Shown here piece after piece: positions 63,680 through 64,000 of a DNA stretch of 64,000 nucleotides. Numbering within the stretch: the stretch's first letter is position 1; each line of letters starts with the position of its first letter. Source of the DNA: a virus; the IMG/VR virus record IMGVR_UViG_3300045988_160639; one strand, written 5' to 3'. Below the pieces are notes generated by a model. The model saw only the letters and a list, made by a program, of their open reading frames with translations, had not been told where the DNA came from and made no database searches. The position numbers were made by a program, and so were the translations under genes.

Positions 63680-64000
63680 ATGAATAACAATACTTCAACT
63701 ACGAATTTACCACAAATGTTATGTATAAAAACAGATAAAGGTTGTTTTATATCTGATTGTCTTACTGTAAATGGTTACGATTATGAGTATCATAGAACTG
63801 AAATTGATAATCTTCTGTTTGATGGTAAAAAAGCTGTAGGAGCGCATTGTAAGAATTGGTATTACATTGATAAATATCCAACACTTATCCAAAGAAAAGA
63901 ATCAGGAGAGAGTATCAATAGAAGATATGAGATTAAAAATGAATCTTTGATCTCAGATAGCCTACCAGCTGTTATTCCTTATGAAGAAGCCGAAAATTAT
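63680..64000 (+). CDS. Hypothetical protein, partial (runs off window)
   Basis: ATG preceded by AAGAGGAG. The frame is open to the window end. Confidence 0.5.
   Translation, partial: MNNNTSTTNLPQMLCIKTDKGCFISDCLTVNGYDYEYHRTEIDNLLFDGKKAVGAHCKNWYYIDKYPTLIQRKESGESINRRYEIKNESLISDSLPAVIPYEEAENY

Noticed and set aside
1-64000. Genome-wide stop-codon reassignment (TAG to Gln or TGA to Trp)
   Set aside because: All large genes (931-, 849-, about 785-, 591-, 552-, 541- and 523-aa products) are intact under the standard code, and TGG is used normally. None of the five tRNAs has a CUA or UCA anticodon. Only isolated in-frame stops were seen (41408 TAG, 51249 TGA).

Overview
The window is most of a low-GC tailed dsDNA phage genome. 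The host looks Firmicutes-like, judged from GGAGG-type Shine-Dalgarno sites and TTGACA-17-TATAAT promoters.

Layout:
- 1-11.5 kb, minus strand: late structural and packaging module (tail-tube-like, neck proteins, capsid, scaffold, portal, TerL).
- 11.8-13.1 kb: a frameshifted tyrosine integrase next to a tRNA-Met.
- 13.4-25.4 kb, minus strand: HU, metallophosphoesterase, PhoH, ClpP, a 931-aa YonO/RdRP-type two-barrel RNA polymerase homolog, a DNA methyltransferase and a Bro-N protein.
- 25.4-28.3 kb: a 2.9-kb ORF-free hub with mirrored strand composition (C-depleted arm, then G-depleted arm), short tandem repeats, palindromes and back-to-back promoters.
- 28.3-34.8 kb, plus strand: a run of small SD-led early genes separated by structured leaders.
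- 34.8-46.9 kb: an accessory island holding five ParB/DUF262-like paralogs, two repressor switches with face-to-face promoters, a type-I-toxin-like small membrane ORF, a tyrosine recombinase, HicA and MazF.
- 47.0-47.8 kb: four tRNAs.
- 50.9-63.6 kb: replication module (SSB-like, AAA ATPase, DnaB-like helicase, primase, RecJ-like DHH, family B polymerase, RecD-like helicase, DNA ligase N-terminal fragment).

Most notable items: the ParB/DUF262 paralog array, including a 32-aa micro-ORF copying its core motif and an in-frame TAG at a conserved Gln; the compositionally mirrored non-coding hub; phage tRNAs with a shared non-canonical T-loop; the two-barrel RNAP; and several ORFs that need non-canonical starts or recoding.

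All calls rest on reading the sequence and on motif recall. No database search was run.
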